Source: Lytechinus pictus (Eukaryota). From it: 64,000 nt of DNA. Made by a program: the position numbers and the translations under genes. The notes beneath the pieces are model-generated. The model worked only from the letters and a program-made list of their open reading frames with translations, did not search any database and was not told where the DNA came from. Shown here in pieces: positions 25,132 through 37,998 of the stretch (positions are counted from its first letter, which is position 1; each line of letters starts with the position of its first letter). Location: assembly GCF_037042905.1 (NCBI RefSeq), contig NC_087252.1, positions 3,722,001-3,786,000 on the forward strand, in the 5' to 3' direction.

Positions 25132-26324
25132 GATCTGGTAGGTCTTTCACAAAGTGTTGTGTATAATAATTTGTGAACAAATTTTCGGCTTTTCTCCTAT
25201 GTGTTTAAGATTGCATGAGTCAGAAAAAATTGGAACCAGTGGGATTCAAACCCTTCATCTACTGCTTGCCGGGCAGCGACTCAGGTATTACTTAGAGTTG
25301 CACTTAATGTCCAGTTATGTGCCGAATAAAAGGAATCACTGCATTGGTCAAATCTAGCTATTAAAAGAGGACTCACGCTCGTACACTAAGTATTTATCAA
25401 TAAGATTGCAAGTAGTGCGCATCAGCATTAAACATGACTTAAAGTCAAATTAACTCTTTTTGAAACATCCCCCCCTCCTGGTTGCTCAATATAGGGAAAA
25501 TTTTCCCTGACAATAAAGTTGGTTCTCAAATAAGCAGAAAATTAGAGCAAAATATAGGTGAAGGCTTGATGAAATTCATGAAAAACCATCTAAAGACGTA
25601 TGTATATCATTGAGGGAGTTTTGGAAATTTTGATTTATGTTTTTGATTTATGAGTAATGACTTCATAAAAAATACACCATCAAACTATCAATATGTACAA
25701 TCAAATGTACTGAAGTGCATGTATACATTATGCAAATATTATGTGCTATTATTGTGCTAAAAGGTAATTGTAGAAAATGGCTTTAGCATTTATTGATCAA
25801 TATTTTTCAAAAAAAACTACAAGGCATTCTGTAATCCTACATGTACGTGTAGTTTGATTAAAACCCATTTACCATTTTTGGTAGTTTCTAGTGTAATAGG
25901 CTATACACGTTTCATCTAATATCCACTTTATAGTCTAACGCTACTTTGGTCATACATGAATATGGTTTAATAGATCAACTGTTAATGAATGAAATTTTCA
26001 TTTGGCAAAGTAAAAAGTAATAACTAGAGGAAGTAGTAATTAGGCCATTTGGACATGAGATGCAGATCTATGAAAATATTAAGTGTAGAGCAAATGGCAA
26101 TCGGGCCAACTCGATTGTCGACCGAATGGGCTATAACCTACATGTACCTGTACATGTATGTATGTAGAAATATAAAGATTATCTGAGTAGACCGACTCAG
26201 GAACTTGCCATCAATATTTTATTTTTTTTAATTGAAAGTAGCACATGTACATGTATATCAGACAATATTACAAAGAGCAAGTATTCACAATTAATTTTTG
26301 TATTTATTGTGCAATGTGCATGAT

Positions 26325-27506
26325 TTTTTGTCTCGCCTGCATAGCAGAGCGAGACTATAGGCGCCGCTTTTCCGACGGCGGCGGCGGCGGCGTCAACATC
26401 AAATCTTAACCTAAGGTTAAGTTTTTGAAATGACATCATAACTTAGAAAGTATATGGACCTAGTTCATGAAACTTGGACATAAGGTTAATCAAGTATTAC
26501 TGAACATCCTGCCTGAGTTTCAGGTCACATGACCAAGGTCAAAGGTCATTTAGGGTCAATGAACTTTGACCATGTTGGGAAAATTATTTTCAAAATCTTA
26601 ACCGAAGGTTAAGTTTTTGAAATGACATCATAACTTAGAAAGTATATGGACCTAGTTCATGTAACTTGGGCATAAGGTTAATCAAGTATTAGTGAACATC
26701 CTGCTCGAGTTTCAGGTCACGTGACCAAGGTCAAAGGTCATTTAGGGTCAATGAACTTTGGTCAAGTTGGGGGTATTTGTTGAATTACTATCATAACTTT
26801 GAAAATTTATGGATCTAGTTCATGAAACTTGGACATAAGGTTAATCAAGTATTAGCAAACATCATGTGCGAGTTTCAGGTCACATGACCATGGTCAATGG
26901 TCATTTAAGGTCAATGAACTTTGGCCGTGTTGGGGGTATTTGTTAAATTACCATCCTAACTCTGAAAGTTTACGGATTTAGTTTTAAAACTTGGACATAA
27001 GAGTAATCAAGTATCACTGAACATCCTGTACGAGTTTCAGGTCACATGACCATGGTCAAAGGTCATTAAAGGTCAATGAACTTTGGCCGTGTTGGGGGTA
27101 TTTGTTAAATTACCATCCTAACTGAAAGTTTATGGATCTAGTTCATAAAACTTGGGATATAAGAGTAATCAAGTATCACTGAACATCCCCTGTGAGTTTC
27201 AGGTCACAAAACCAAGGTCAAAGGTCAGTTAAGGTCAATAAACTTAGGCCATGTTCGGGTAATTGTTGAATTGCCATCATAACTTTGAAAGTTTATAAAT
27301 AGAGTGAATGAAATGTGGACATGGATGTAGTTGACAAGTCTTAAGTCACCGTTCAAATGTCATTTATGGTCAATGAACGTGGTATTATGTCATTATATGA
27401 ATGGTGTTTTTGTGAATGATTATTTTATAGTAGTTTTCAAAGTTAGCACTGCTGCTATATTAAATCGCGTAATGCAGGCGAGACTGCCAGAGGCGTTCCA
27501 CTTGTT
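26325..27506 (+). mobile_element. Helentron-associated / DINE-1-like non-autonomous element with internal tandem repeats
   Basis: Subterminal IR GTCTCGCCTGCA...TGCAGGCGAGAC, a short 5' hairpin, and 5-6 internal repeats of about 160-190 bp (GGTCACATGACC core), in a T-rich site. Partial copies at about 12390-12686 and 38185-39027. Confidence 0.75.
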
Positions 27507-28074
27507 TAATAGAAAATCTGGAGCAACAGACTTTGTTTTTATCTGTTTAAAGTGTCCAGACATACTGTAGGACCCCCATCCCAATCATGATTCAGTATTT
27601 TAGAATTTGTGGGTCAAACTCTTGAATAAATCATGATACAATAGTGGTGATTGTGTATGTTCAAGGAGAAATCAACCCATGTACATTTGAGGAAAATTGA
27701 AATAGTTCATCTCACACAATACAGTACTGTACATTTAATTCATAATTGTCCTGCTGTGTGTGATGCAAAAATACATGTACATACCTGGACCCCATTGCAT
27801 AAAATTTACTATACTAGTAACTTTGCCATCCAGTGGTAACTACCATGGCAACGATGATCAACAGCCAATCAAAATCCAGGATTTCATGGAGGTTACCATT
27901 ACATGGCAAAGTTACCATAATGGTAACTTTCATGCAACTTTTATGCAGCAGGGCCCCGTTGCATAAAAGTTACCATGATTTTGAGGTGGACTTGACCTTT
28001 AAAAAAGGACTGTAGAACCAGATGAAATTGCTGATTTTTCAAACTTAATGTACTGCCTTCCTATTTTCATTCAG

Positions 28075-29291
28075 GTGTGAATTCAACTATCAAGACGACC
28101 TATGGTACCAAGGAAACCTATCAGGATATATCAGGTGGCACGTCACATGACATATCACATGGGGGACCTGTTCCAGAGGAATGGATCTTACATGGTGCAC
28201 AAGAAAACTATTCCGATGTATCTGCCAGGGCCAGTTGCTCAAGTGAGTATGACTCTGAACTGTTACCAAGGCAAGCTGACTATCCACAAGGACATAGTGC
28301 GACTGACAGTGATACCATGATAGATCATAATGATGGAGGATTAGATGAAGACATTGTGATGGGATGTGATGTAAAAGGTGACATGTCAGGTGATGCATCA
28401 TGTGACTGGTCACATGCTCAAGGACTGAGTGTTACTGACAGTGCTACTGCATCAGATCATGAAGAAGGCAATGCAACGGGACCTAGTGAGGAATGTCGAA
28501 CAACCTTATCAGACATCAAACAGTCTCCTTTTTGTCCAGTTTGCAATGAACAATTAACCAGCAGCGATGACTGGACTGATCATTTCAGATTACACGGCGA
28601 ACTCTGGCCTCATGAATGCACCTTCTGCAACGAAAGGTGTGCCACTCTCAAAGATCTTAACAGACACTTGCGAGTCCATCCTGGAGCTAGACCACACAAG
28701 TGCTCCATTTGTGGCAGACGCTTCTTGGAAGAATATCATCTCAGAGAACACATGGCAGTTCATGCGGCACAGAAGCGATATCAGTGCAAGTTTTGCGAGA
28801 GGACGTACGCCCGGAGGGGCAGCCTGTATGCACACATAAAGACACATGAGAGAACTTATCAATGCAAGCATTGTGATATGAGGTTTACTCATCGGATCAT
28901 GCTGTCGGAGCATACAAGATCGCATCACTCCTTGATTAAAAAAAAAACGTTTGAGTGCTCTATTTGTCACAGGAAATTTGCGAGATCTGCTGACCTCATC
29001 GGTCATCGAATAGTCCACACTGGAGAGAAACCTTTTCAATGTTCTCAGTGTGGCAAAACTTTTTCCTACAAAAGAGTGCTTGTCACCCACGAGAAGATTC
29101 ACACGGGAATAAAGGATCATCTGTGCCCTATCTGTGGGAGGGTGTTTGGTAGAGACTACATTTTACAACAACACATGTTAATACATACAGGGGATTTACC
29201 CTTTTCGTGTTCCGTATGTTCTAAGAACTTTCGGCAAAAGAGTACAATGGTAAAGCATATGAAAAGCCAACACCCAACTCTGGCCAATTAG
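28075..29291 (+). CDS. ZNF gene A, alternative terminal exon T2: 9 C2H2 fingers (predicted isoform 707 aa)
   Basis: CTATTTTCATTCAG|GTGTGAATTC phase-1 acceptor, in frame with donor 17754 and ORF 28077-29291. The ORF-track start is GTG, not ATG. Confidence 0.9.
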
Positions 29292-29394
29292 GTCTGAATT
29301 CACAAAGGTGGTTTTGAAAACCATTGGTTGATTCCAAATTTTTTGTATAGATTACACTCACTTTACCACGTCCATTGGAAAATGTCCAATATTG

Positions 29395-29850
29395 ATGCGT
29401 ATTAATGTTCTTAAGAAGCATGGTGCCAATACTAGACGATCTGGTGAACATCTTCAAAATCTACATTCGCCCACTTTTAGAATTTGGATCACCAGTTTGC
29501 AGTTCGAGTCTTACTACAGCCCAGTTGGAAGAACTAGAACATATTCAAAAGCGAGCTCTACGCTACATTGCATTCTAGAATGCTCTAACTTATGTCGAAC
29601 AGAATACGTTGTACGGACTTATAACTCTTAAAGAACGTAGAGATGACCTTGTGCTTTGCTTTGGACTTGGATTACTAAAATCAGACCGTCGTCGAGATAT
29701 GCTCCCCCCCACCAGAAGATCCAAGTCCCGCTCGAATGTCCAGCTGCGGAACTCTGAATGCTTGGACATACCATTTATGCAGAACTCAAAGATATAAACA
29801 ATCCTCGATACCACACATTGTATCTGTGTTGAATTCAAAATGGTTTTGTT
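29395..29850 (+). mobile_element. CR1/L2-group LINE 3' remnant about 100 bp downstream of the T2 stop
   Basis: Reads DLVNIFKIYIRPLLEFGSPVCSSSLTTAQLEELEHIQKRALR, typical of an ORF2 C-terminus. Confidence 0.75.
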
Positions 29851-29981
29851 GTATTTTTGATGTATTTGCAAACCTTGCTCAATTTCTCTATTCGTCACTT
29901 TCCCATTGTCATCCCTTTTCTGATCTTTCTCTTTTACTCTTTTTCCCTCATCTCCTCTCTTCTCTTTCCTCTTTTACTTAA

Positions 29982-30564
29982 AGGAGAATGAAACCCTTGA
30001 AACCAGCTGAATCCATATCAAAGAGAAAAATCAAAGAAACATATTGTTGAAAGTTTGAGGAAGATTGAATGAATAATAAGAAAGTTATGAGCATTCGAAT
30101 ATTGAGATCACTAGTGCCATGTAGATCCTCCCACCGGCAATGCGACCAAGATCTGTGATATCACACACGTACAACTCCCTCATTACTTTAGTACTTATTT
30201 CACTTATATTCTCACTTTTATAGAGTCTATCACAAGGTGAGGTGTTTTCTTTATGAGATGACAAGTACAGAGGTTTCACAACATTATATCATTGATGAAT
30301 CGTTTGTCATATGATTAGAATGAGCAAAAAGAGATGTTTTGGGGTATATTTTCAGTGTCCAAATGGGAGAGTTGTACGTGTGTGACATCACAGATCTTGG
30401 TCGCATTGCCAATGGGAGGATCTCCATAGCATTAGTGATCTCGACATTCAAATGCTCATAACTCTTTTATTGCTAGTCCTATTTTACTCAAAGTTTTGTT
30501 GATCTTATTCTTTGATTTTGCTGCTTTCACAAAAGCTAACTTGCTCCAAGAGTTTCATTCTCCT
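29982..30564. mobile_element. Kolobok-like MITE with TTAA TSD
   Basis: TTAA|AGGAGAATGAAAC...GTTTCATTCTCCT|TTAA, with long imperfect inverted arms (about 30085-30180 vs 30365-30465). Confidence 0.85.
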
Positions 30565-31299
30565 TTAATAACCTCAAGTGAATATATATATATCAGCTCA
30601 CTGTGATTTTAATTTTGTGCAATATTTATACATGTAGTTTGTTACTGCCATATACCTAATTATGTTTAAAATTGTAATGTTTTCTGAACCGGTTTATATC
30701 CCCCCCCCCCCCCCTTCTCGTGATCAAGTGATCTGCACAAATTTCAATTTTATATCAAATGAATGTAAAGTTTAATAATTTAAATATTGAATTTTGTAAT
30801 AATGCATTTATATATAATTCATGTCAATGCCTGTATCTCTCTTGCCATTATCTCATCGCCCTTGCATCTCACTTTCTTATTCTCTTCATTGTATAATGCT
30901 TAGTATGACTAGTTTCTTGGTAATTTTTTATGTTACTGCCATGTCTTTTACAAGGTTTAAACCAGTTTTGCGTCTATTTTTTTTTACTTCTACATGTATT
31001 TTTCTTATACTCCCCTTCTGTTGGTCTTCTTTTCCATATTTTCCCTTCATCTTCCCCTCCTCTATCTTTTCTTTTCTTTCTGTCTCTTTCCTCCCACTCT
31101 CTTGCTGTTTCCCACTCTTTTCCCAATTTATCCTATCTCATCCTCTCTCTCTCTTCCTTTTCTAATTTGCTTTTTTTTCTGTTTCCCATAATCTTGGTTT
31201 CCTCTCTCTCTTCTCTTTCTTTCTGTCCCCATATTCCATGGTTATACATGTAACAAGCACTTTAATGCCTTAATTACATTATGTTAGAATTACACCTTC

Positions 31300-31958
31300 A
31301 CACTACTTGACGTTTGTACATGCTTCGTCGATCAACATTTCACTTTTTAAAGTCGCTGAAAGACCTTTCAAAGACCATGAATTTTGGTCGATCTTACAGA
31401 GGTCTCTCAATGAACCTACAATGGTCTTTGAGGTCATACACGAGTCCTGACCAATCTTTCAGCGGTCTTCGTGGTCTTCATGGGCTCCAAAACTTTTTGA
31501 AACGGTTCAAACCAGTCTTACAACGATCTTACAAGAAAATGGTCTTTCAGTTGTCTTTCAGCTGTCTTTCAGCAGTCTTTCGATGAACTTTCAAAGGTCT
31601 TAATAGTCTTTCAATGATCTTTCGGCAGTCTCTCAAGATTTTTGCGGAGATCACTGTAAGACTCGTGAGAGATCATTGAAAGATCATTGAAAGACCATTG
31701 AAAGACCAGGCAAAGTCCATGGAAAGAATTCTGAAAGATCACTTGTTGCATAAAAGATCTCTGAAAGACCATTGAAAGATCTCTATAAGACTACTTTAAG
31801 AAATATCCATCAGTCTTTCAGAGTTCTTTGAGGGGTCTTTCTGAGCCATTCCACAGAGATGACAAATTTCAGTGATCTTGAAGACCGCTGTAAGACCTCA
31901 TCAATTTTAAGTCTTTCAGTGGTCTTTCAACGGTCTCCGTTCTGTGGAATGGGGGCCT
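31300..31958. repeat. Probable non-autonomous element built from GTCTTTCA/TGAAAGAC micro-repeats that switch strand
   Basis: Many GGTCTTTCA units to about 31635, then TGAAAGAC(C) units. Ends GGAATGGGGGCC|TAA (Harbinger-like), but the left terminus is unclear. Confidence 0.45.
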
Positions 31959-32168
31959 AATTTTTTTTTTCCTTAGAGTTATATATCTTTTATTTGTAAT
32001 ATGATAATCGATTGGTCGTAATCTTTTGCTTATAATGTATCATTATGAATATTTTACTTGTACTTTGCCTCTGTTTATACTGTGCACTAGATTTTTCAGT
32101 CTTTGGACTGTTTAGCCAGTTTTCTTGATTGAAAAGTACCATACTACTACTACTATTACCACTACTAC

Positions 32169-32333
32169 CACTAGCGTACCTACGGGGGGGGGGGGGGGGG
32201 GGGGGGCAGAGGGGCAGTCTGCCCCCCCTGACGAGCCACCACCCATGCATGTATCCCTGCCCCCCCTGACGAGCTTGAAAGATCTTTTTGCCCCCCCTGA
32301 CGAAAATCCTGGAAAATCCTAGGTACGCCACTG
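32169..32333. mobile_element. hAT-like MITE
   Basis: CACTAGCGTACCTA / TAGGTACGCCACTG termini, with 8 bp TSD ACTACTAC at 32161-32168 and 32334-32341. Confidence 0.75.
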
Positions 32334-33898
32334 ACTACTACTACTTTTAAGAACTAGAGTTTCAACTGGCTATGATGTTGAAGTCAACGATGAAGCTAGA
32401 GCCTCTCACTTCAGGTAGTTTTAGATTTAGATTAATTATTTTTTTGTCCATTATTATATGCCTTTCTCTTTTTCCATGATACATTGACTCTCGATCCTAC
32501 CTGTTCTTCTCTTTCCTTTTTCTGCTGGACACTAATAATTTTTGTTTTTATTACTTTATTTTCATTTATTTTGTGTAATCACTGTTCTTATTCGTTTGTT
32601 ATCAACAACCTAATTTGCTCTTATATATTATATGATCACTATTACTCTACTTATGATTTTCCATGATTAAAGTTATTAGAATTTATTACCAGAGGGGACT
32701 TACCAATACAAGCTCTGCTTTTTAATAATAAGTCCCTCATATTCTTTATCACCTTACTTATAATCTGTAATATGTTTTATTATCCAAATTTATATTGAAA
32801 CAATGATTTATTCATTAACCAGTTATTTTTCCACATCACATTGTAACTGAATTATTGTTTATTGTATAATGTTTAAATATTCTTTATATATTCATAGAAT
32901 TATGTGAATTATTTGAAAAGTGAAATTGAAACTTTAAATGTGAGCGGTTTTGGGTAGTTTAAATCTTTATGCCTACTTTCAAGTTCTGAGATATGAAAAT
33001 AGCCCCCCCCCTCTCCTTTGCTTTTGTACAAGTGGCAGCACCAGGGGGGGGGGGGGTACTCACAAGGATTTTAATTGGATTCCAGATCTAGCAAGAATTC
33101 TAAAAATGCTAACACCTGCTCCAGATGTCATGTGTGTTCATGAATGAACTTTCATATGTTAACATAAGTTTGGGCACCAAATTTTGTAATTGAGCATAAA
33201 TTATTGTCTGTATTTTTTTCTCTAATTTTGTATATGCAATTGTTTATGTACAGTACATGTAAATAAGGATAAACTGAACAAAAAGGTGTTTTCAATGACT
33301 GATTGTATATTGATTTGCAGATTCATCCCACACACATGCTCTAATTCAAACTGATCCTTTGTTTAGTTAACAAGATGAGTAGGTTAATAATGATGTCAAG
33401 AGCCGCAGAGTTTTTTATGGGGAGGGGGGGGGGGGGGCTTGATCTATTCTATCATAAATCTAAGAAAATTTCAAATTCATTTTTTGCCCCTCATATAAAG
33501 CCTACTGGTTAAAATCCTGGATCTGACAGTGATTAATCTAGCTCATCTGCTTGTGATCTGGGATCCATGCATGAACCCCCCCCCCCTCTCACCTCCCACT
33601 TTCTCAGTAAAACATAAAGCCAATAGGCTAATACCTCGATCGGTCACATTTGCTCTACGGCGAGTCGAAAACGGCCGTTTTATTCATTTTTATTCAAACC
33701 ACCTATATAGCTAGTATACAAAAATGTTAAAACGGCTGTTTTTGACTCGCCGTATGGCCGCCATAGAGCAAATGTGACCATAGCATAAAACCTAAATGGC
33801 AATTGAATTTATATCATCTTGAATGTTCAGCACCAGCCCCACCCACCCCGCTCTTAATTGGCATCTTAATTTGCATTTCCATTTTCCGAAGGGTAAGA

Positions 33899-34460
33899 CC
33901 CCGGGGGGGGGGGGGGGGGCACTCGACCAAAAAAGTTGTAGGGGTGTGCCGCGGGCGAGACAAAAAACGGGGGCCTTGGAGCGGGCTTATTGTAAAAAGG
34001 AGAGTCCTCGGAACGGGCCTTCGGAACTACAAATGTTTGTGAAAACGGGGGTCCTTGGAACGGATCATCGCCAGCGTGTGAGTGCGTATGCATCCCTATG
34101 GAACGGGCATGCGTGCATGATGCAGCTATAGCGCGGCCTCCGCCGGGTGCACTCGCGCAGAGACGATGGTCGGACAGCGCTCTGCGGCCGCTTTTCACTA
34201 AAATTGCAGCTCATTGTAGCAGATCAATGCGATCGGAAGGGCGTAACGAAAAATATGCGAAGCTTTGGAGCGGATTTCTTTTTTCTCGATAAGAAGAAAA
34301 TGCTATGCTTTGGAGCGGCTTTCTTTGTTCTTTTTCTCAATAAGACAAAATTGCTATGCCTAGGAACGGAAATGTGAGTGTAAAAATGGGGGTCCCCTCC
34401 GCGGCACATACCCACTATGCATTATATACTGAGTGCCCCCCCCCCCCCCCCCCCCCGGGG
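33899..34460. mobile_element. Non-autonomous element with poly-G/poly-C TIRs (possibly EnSpm/CACTA-like)
   Basis: CCCCG(G)nCACTC...GTGCCGCGG at the left and CCGCGGCAC...GAGTG(C)nGGGG at the right. Confidence 0.7.
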
Positions 34461-35285
34461 TATAAGACCACATGATTGAAAAAAAAATGACGGTCGATCA
34501 TGGGTCTTTAAAGTAAAAAGTCATCAGAATTTTGAAAAATGCAACACAAAAGATGGGAGAAAAAGAAAAGAAAAATAGAGAAGGCAGGAAAAGAAAAAAA
34601 TATGCAAAGAAAAAGTAAAAAAAATAAGGGGGAAAAATTAAAAGTGAAATAAGAACAAAAAAAGACTGGAGAAATACAACTTGAGAAATTGAAAAGAAAA
34701 GAAAATGAAAGAGAAACAGTAGTGCAATATGAGCTGATAATTGAAAGGTGTGGGATCACGAACGAGCTTAATTTTTGCACATTTGATGCAAAAATATAAT
34801 TTTATGATACAGTAGATTTACACATTTGACCATGCACCGTGACTTTTCTTTTAATTCCTCATCTTTCTTTTTCTTCTTTTTTCTTGGTCATGAGAATTTT
34901 CTATGGTGTTCCATATGGCCCCGAGCCCCCCCCCCCCCCCCCCCCCCTTCATCTGGACGCCATGAGTGAAAAAAAAAAAGAAGCTATATATTTCACAAGT
35001 CATAGGCAGGCCATATTGGGCTGCCTTGCCACTTTCCACAGCGAGCAGGATATAAGCTAGCCATCCCGACCGGTCGCGCAGCGCGCGCCGGTCTCGCATC
35101 GTTATTCAGAGCGTGCGTCTAGCTACGTGTACGTACGTGTACGTACCGGTACGTACGTGTATATTTTATGTGCATATTATATTTTGTAACGAATTGAGGA
35201 GCTATCTATCATGGACGACAATCATTTTTCGTTGCTGCTGTACCTGCGATAAAAAGCCCGATTTTCAGAATAATTGGAGTCTATC

Positions 35286-35551
35286 ATGGCCGAAACAAGA
35301 AAACTAGGTCGTCCTTCATTTTCCCCAACGAGAAAAGAAGCATTTAGAAAGGATTCCAACATGTCCAAGAAGATGTTTCGAGATAAAAAGCGGAAGGAGC
35401 GAGATGAGGCTTTGTCTACCGTCGTGCCGCCGACCGCACCCCGCTACAAACATATTCGCATTTCAACCGCTACGTTCTGGCGATGGCGATCACTTGCTCA
35501 AGAGCTTGGCCTGGAAGGAGACGAACAGATGGCTTCATTTCTCTTAAACAC
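35286..35551 (+). CDS. ZNF gene B, constant coding exon 1 (AT-hook-like KLGRP, basic helix, RHH-like module)
   Basis: ATCATGG start at 35286, downstream of a CpG-rich patch (about 35065-35160). Donor AAACAC|GTCAGT (266 nt, phase 2). Peptide ...KHIRISTATFWRWRSLAQELGLEGDEQMASFLLNT. Confidence 0.85.
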
Positions 35552-35797
35552 GTCAGTAGAATAGATTTTAAATTAAATCTCAGATATTTTCCTAAAATAA
35601 ATCTTGATCCTGGCTGTGGTAGGGTGGTTTGTAATACTAATAATAGTACAAAAAATTATGAGTGAAGTGTCATAAATTTTTAGTACAAAGTCGTCAAACT
35701 TAAGACAAAGTGTTGGGAAATATTATTCTTGAATGTTAGAGAACAAAATAGAAGATGATTCAGGGGGCTACGTTAGAGAACAAAATAGAAGATGATT

Positions 35798-36233
35798 CAG
35801 GGGGCTACATAAGCACTTGCCTGGGGTAAGTAAGAGTTCGAGTTGGGCAAGTGTTTTGAAGTAAAGACCAAAGCTACTTGCCCGAATTGCGCAAGCAAAA
35901 TTCTCACAATAAAATGACAAAAATTAGGGTTGATAATGATATGATACTGAGTTTGACCCTAAATTTGGTCATGGCAGGCAAGATAAAATCACTTGTCTTT
36001 GGAAAAAGAAATGCAACAACAAAGTAGATCAGTTCATGTCAAAAGAGAGAAAAAGGTAAATGGTTAATAAATAAAATACTGCATAACCAAGCTCTTTTGG
36101 AGAACTAAAACTTATTTTTTCAATGATTTTTTTCGGGCAAGTGAAATAGATTTTTGGGCAAATATATTCAAGATATTTAAAAATTTACTTGCCCGACCAG
36201 GCAAGTGCTTCTAAAAAGTTATGTAGCACCCTG
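35798..36233. mobile_element. hAT-like MITE with CTTGCCC/GGGCAAG subterminal motifs; its left end is part of a 37 bp tandem duplication
   Basis: CAGGGGGCTACATAA / TTATGTAGCACCCTG termini. GTTAGAGAACAAAATAGAAGATGATTCAGGGGGCTAC occurs twice at 35734-35808. Confidence 0.65.
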
Positions 36234-37509
36234 GATAATTTCAACTATTGACATGATTGAATTCATATTTTTAGTGTAATCCAAAGACAAAAAAAAGGCT
36301 TCAAATAAGAATATAAAGTGTCCGGACACCCGACCACCCATGTGTCTGGTGTGTGTTTTGGTGTTTGATAACCCTGGCCGGAGCCCAGGTCTCGTCCGAG
36401 TAATACTAGGCAGACAAGGGTATTCTCCAAAATGGGGTCGCAATAATTAGGGAAAAATGAATTATGCACTTACCTTGATTATATGGATATGTCACAATAC
36501 TCAATAGACCTTCATCCATATAATCGAGGTAAGTGCATAATTCAATTTTCCCCCTTTTATTTGGGGTGCTATTGCGACCCCATTCTATCCCATTTTGGAG
36601 AGTACCCGCTGCCTAATATTACGAGTCCTCGGCCTGAGCTCCCTGGGTTTAGTGTTTGACTGGGCTGGCTTGTGAAATAGCTTTGACAGGTAGAATCCCG
36701 GCACATGGCAAAGTTAGGGCGCGTTACTCAATCAGTAGAGGCGCATGGCCAATATGGGAGATAATCCATATTAGAGACATGCTTTGCAAAAGTACAAAAG
36801 AAAGAACTCCAACAAAAGCATATTTTTTTCCATCCAAAATTTTGTCTCACTGAGGTCAGAAGCCCATTTGTTTTGTGTTTGAATGGGATTGCTTCCCCTA
36901 GCGCCAAAACCTATTCCGAGTTTGTAAAACTGATCCAGATCACACTATTGAATGGATGACAACAAAAATCCTTATCAAAACAAAAGTAGATGGTGAAAAG
37001 GGGTAGTTTTTCAAGAGGAATCTGCTTATCACATTTTTATTTTCTGCCACTAAGGTAATACTTTTGAAGCAAATGAAAACATAGGAAATTGGCCTCCCAA
37101 ACTGGAGACTGTCTCTGAAATTGGATACCAAAATTCTTTACAAAAGTCTCTGATATTGGAGATAAATCTCTCTCATGGGAGACAGTCTCCCATATTGGCC
37201 GTGCGCCTCTACTGTCTATAGATCTGTTGACTTGAGACATGAGAAAACCTTTTCTTTTCCCCTAATGCGCCTTGAGCGCTCTACATGTACTGAGTGGATT
37301 TGGTGCTACATCAGTCCTTCATGTTTATAATTTCGTAGAGCTCAATAAATTGCTCTCCTTATTTTTTTGAGGAGCTCAATACAATACATGTATGATAAAT
37401 TGTAGATTTTTCTTAACATCGTATATGTGCAATAGCTGTGTACAGTGTAGCTATTAATTAATCTGTGGTCACTGGTGAAACTAGGCCTGGGTCAATACGT
37501 TTACAAAAT

Positions 37510-37998
37510 ATCGCGCTCCTGCTCAAAAAAAAAAAAAATTGCTAAAATTTCACATTTTACATCTTTAAATCCATGAAATGGCCATCTATTTTCCATAATT
37601 CCTTGAAATTATTTTGATTTAGTTGAAAACTATCAGAAAATGAAGAATATTCACCTCTTTCCCGACTCTGATTTGAACTTACACTCGGTAAATATTGTAG
37701 TCCCACATGTACTGTACATGTAGACTTCCATGGTGTTGCCATGAAAATCTACATATGGGACTACATGTACAATATGAGTTCAAATTTAAATCAGAGTCGG
37801 GAAAGAGGTGAATATTCTTCATTTTTCTGATAGTTTTCAACTAAATCAAAATAATTTCAAGGAATTAAGGAAAACAGATGGCCATTTCATGGATTTAAAG
37901 ATGTGAAATTTTAGCAATTTTTTTTTTAGGAGCGTGATTTTTTGCTATTTTTCTTTAGTAGCGCCGGCGCGATCGCGCTCCTCAAAAATGAAGGTCTG
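37510..37998. repeat. Long near-perfect inverted repeat (foldback-like element); a one-armed copy lies at about 43518-43910
   Basis: 37540-37680 is the reverse complement of about 37790-37925, with the centre near 37735. Confidence 0.85.

Noticed and set aside
26390..27330. CRISPR-like or satellite array
   Set aside because: Contiguous 160-190 bp units without unique spacers, enclosed by the termini of a dispersed non-autonomous element, in a eukaryotic context.
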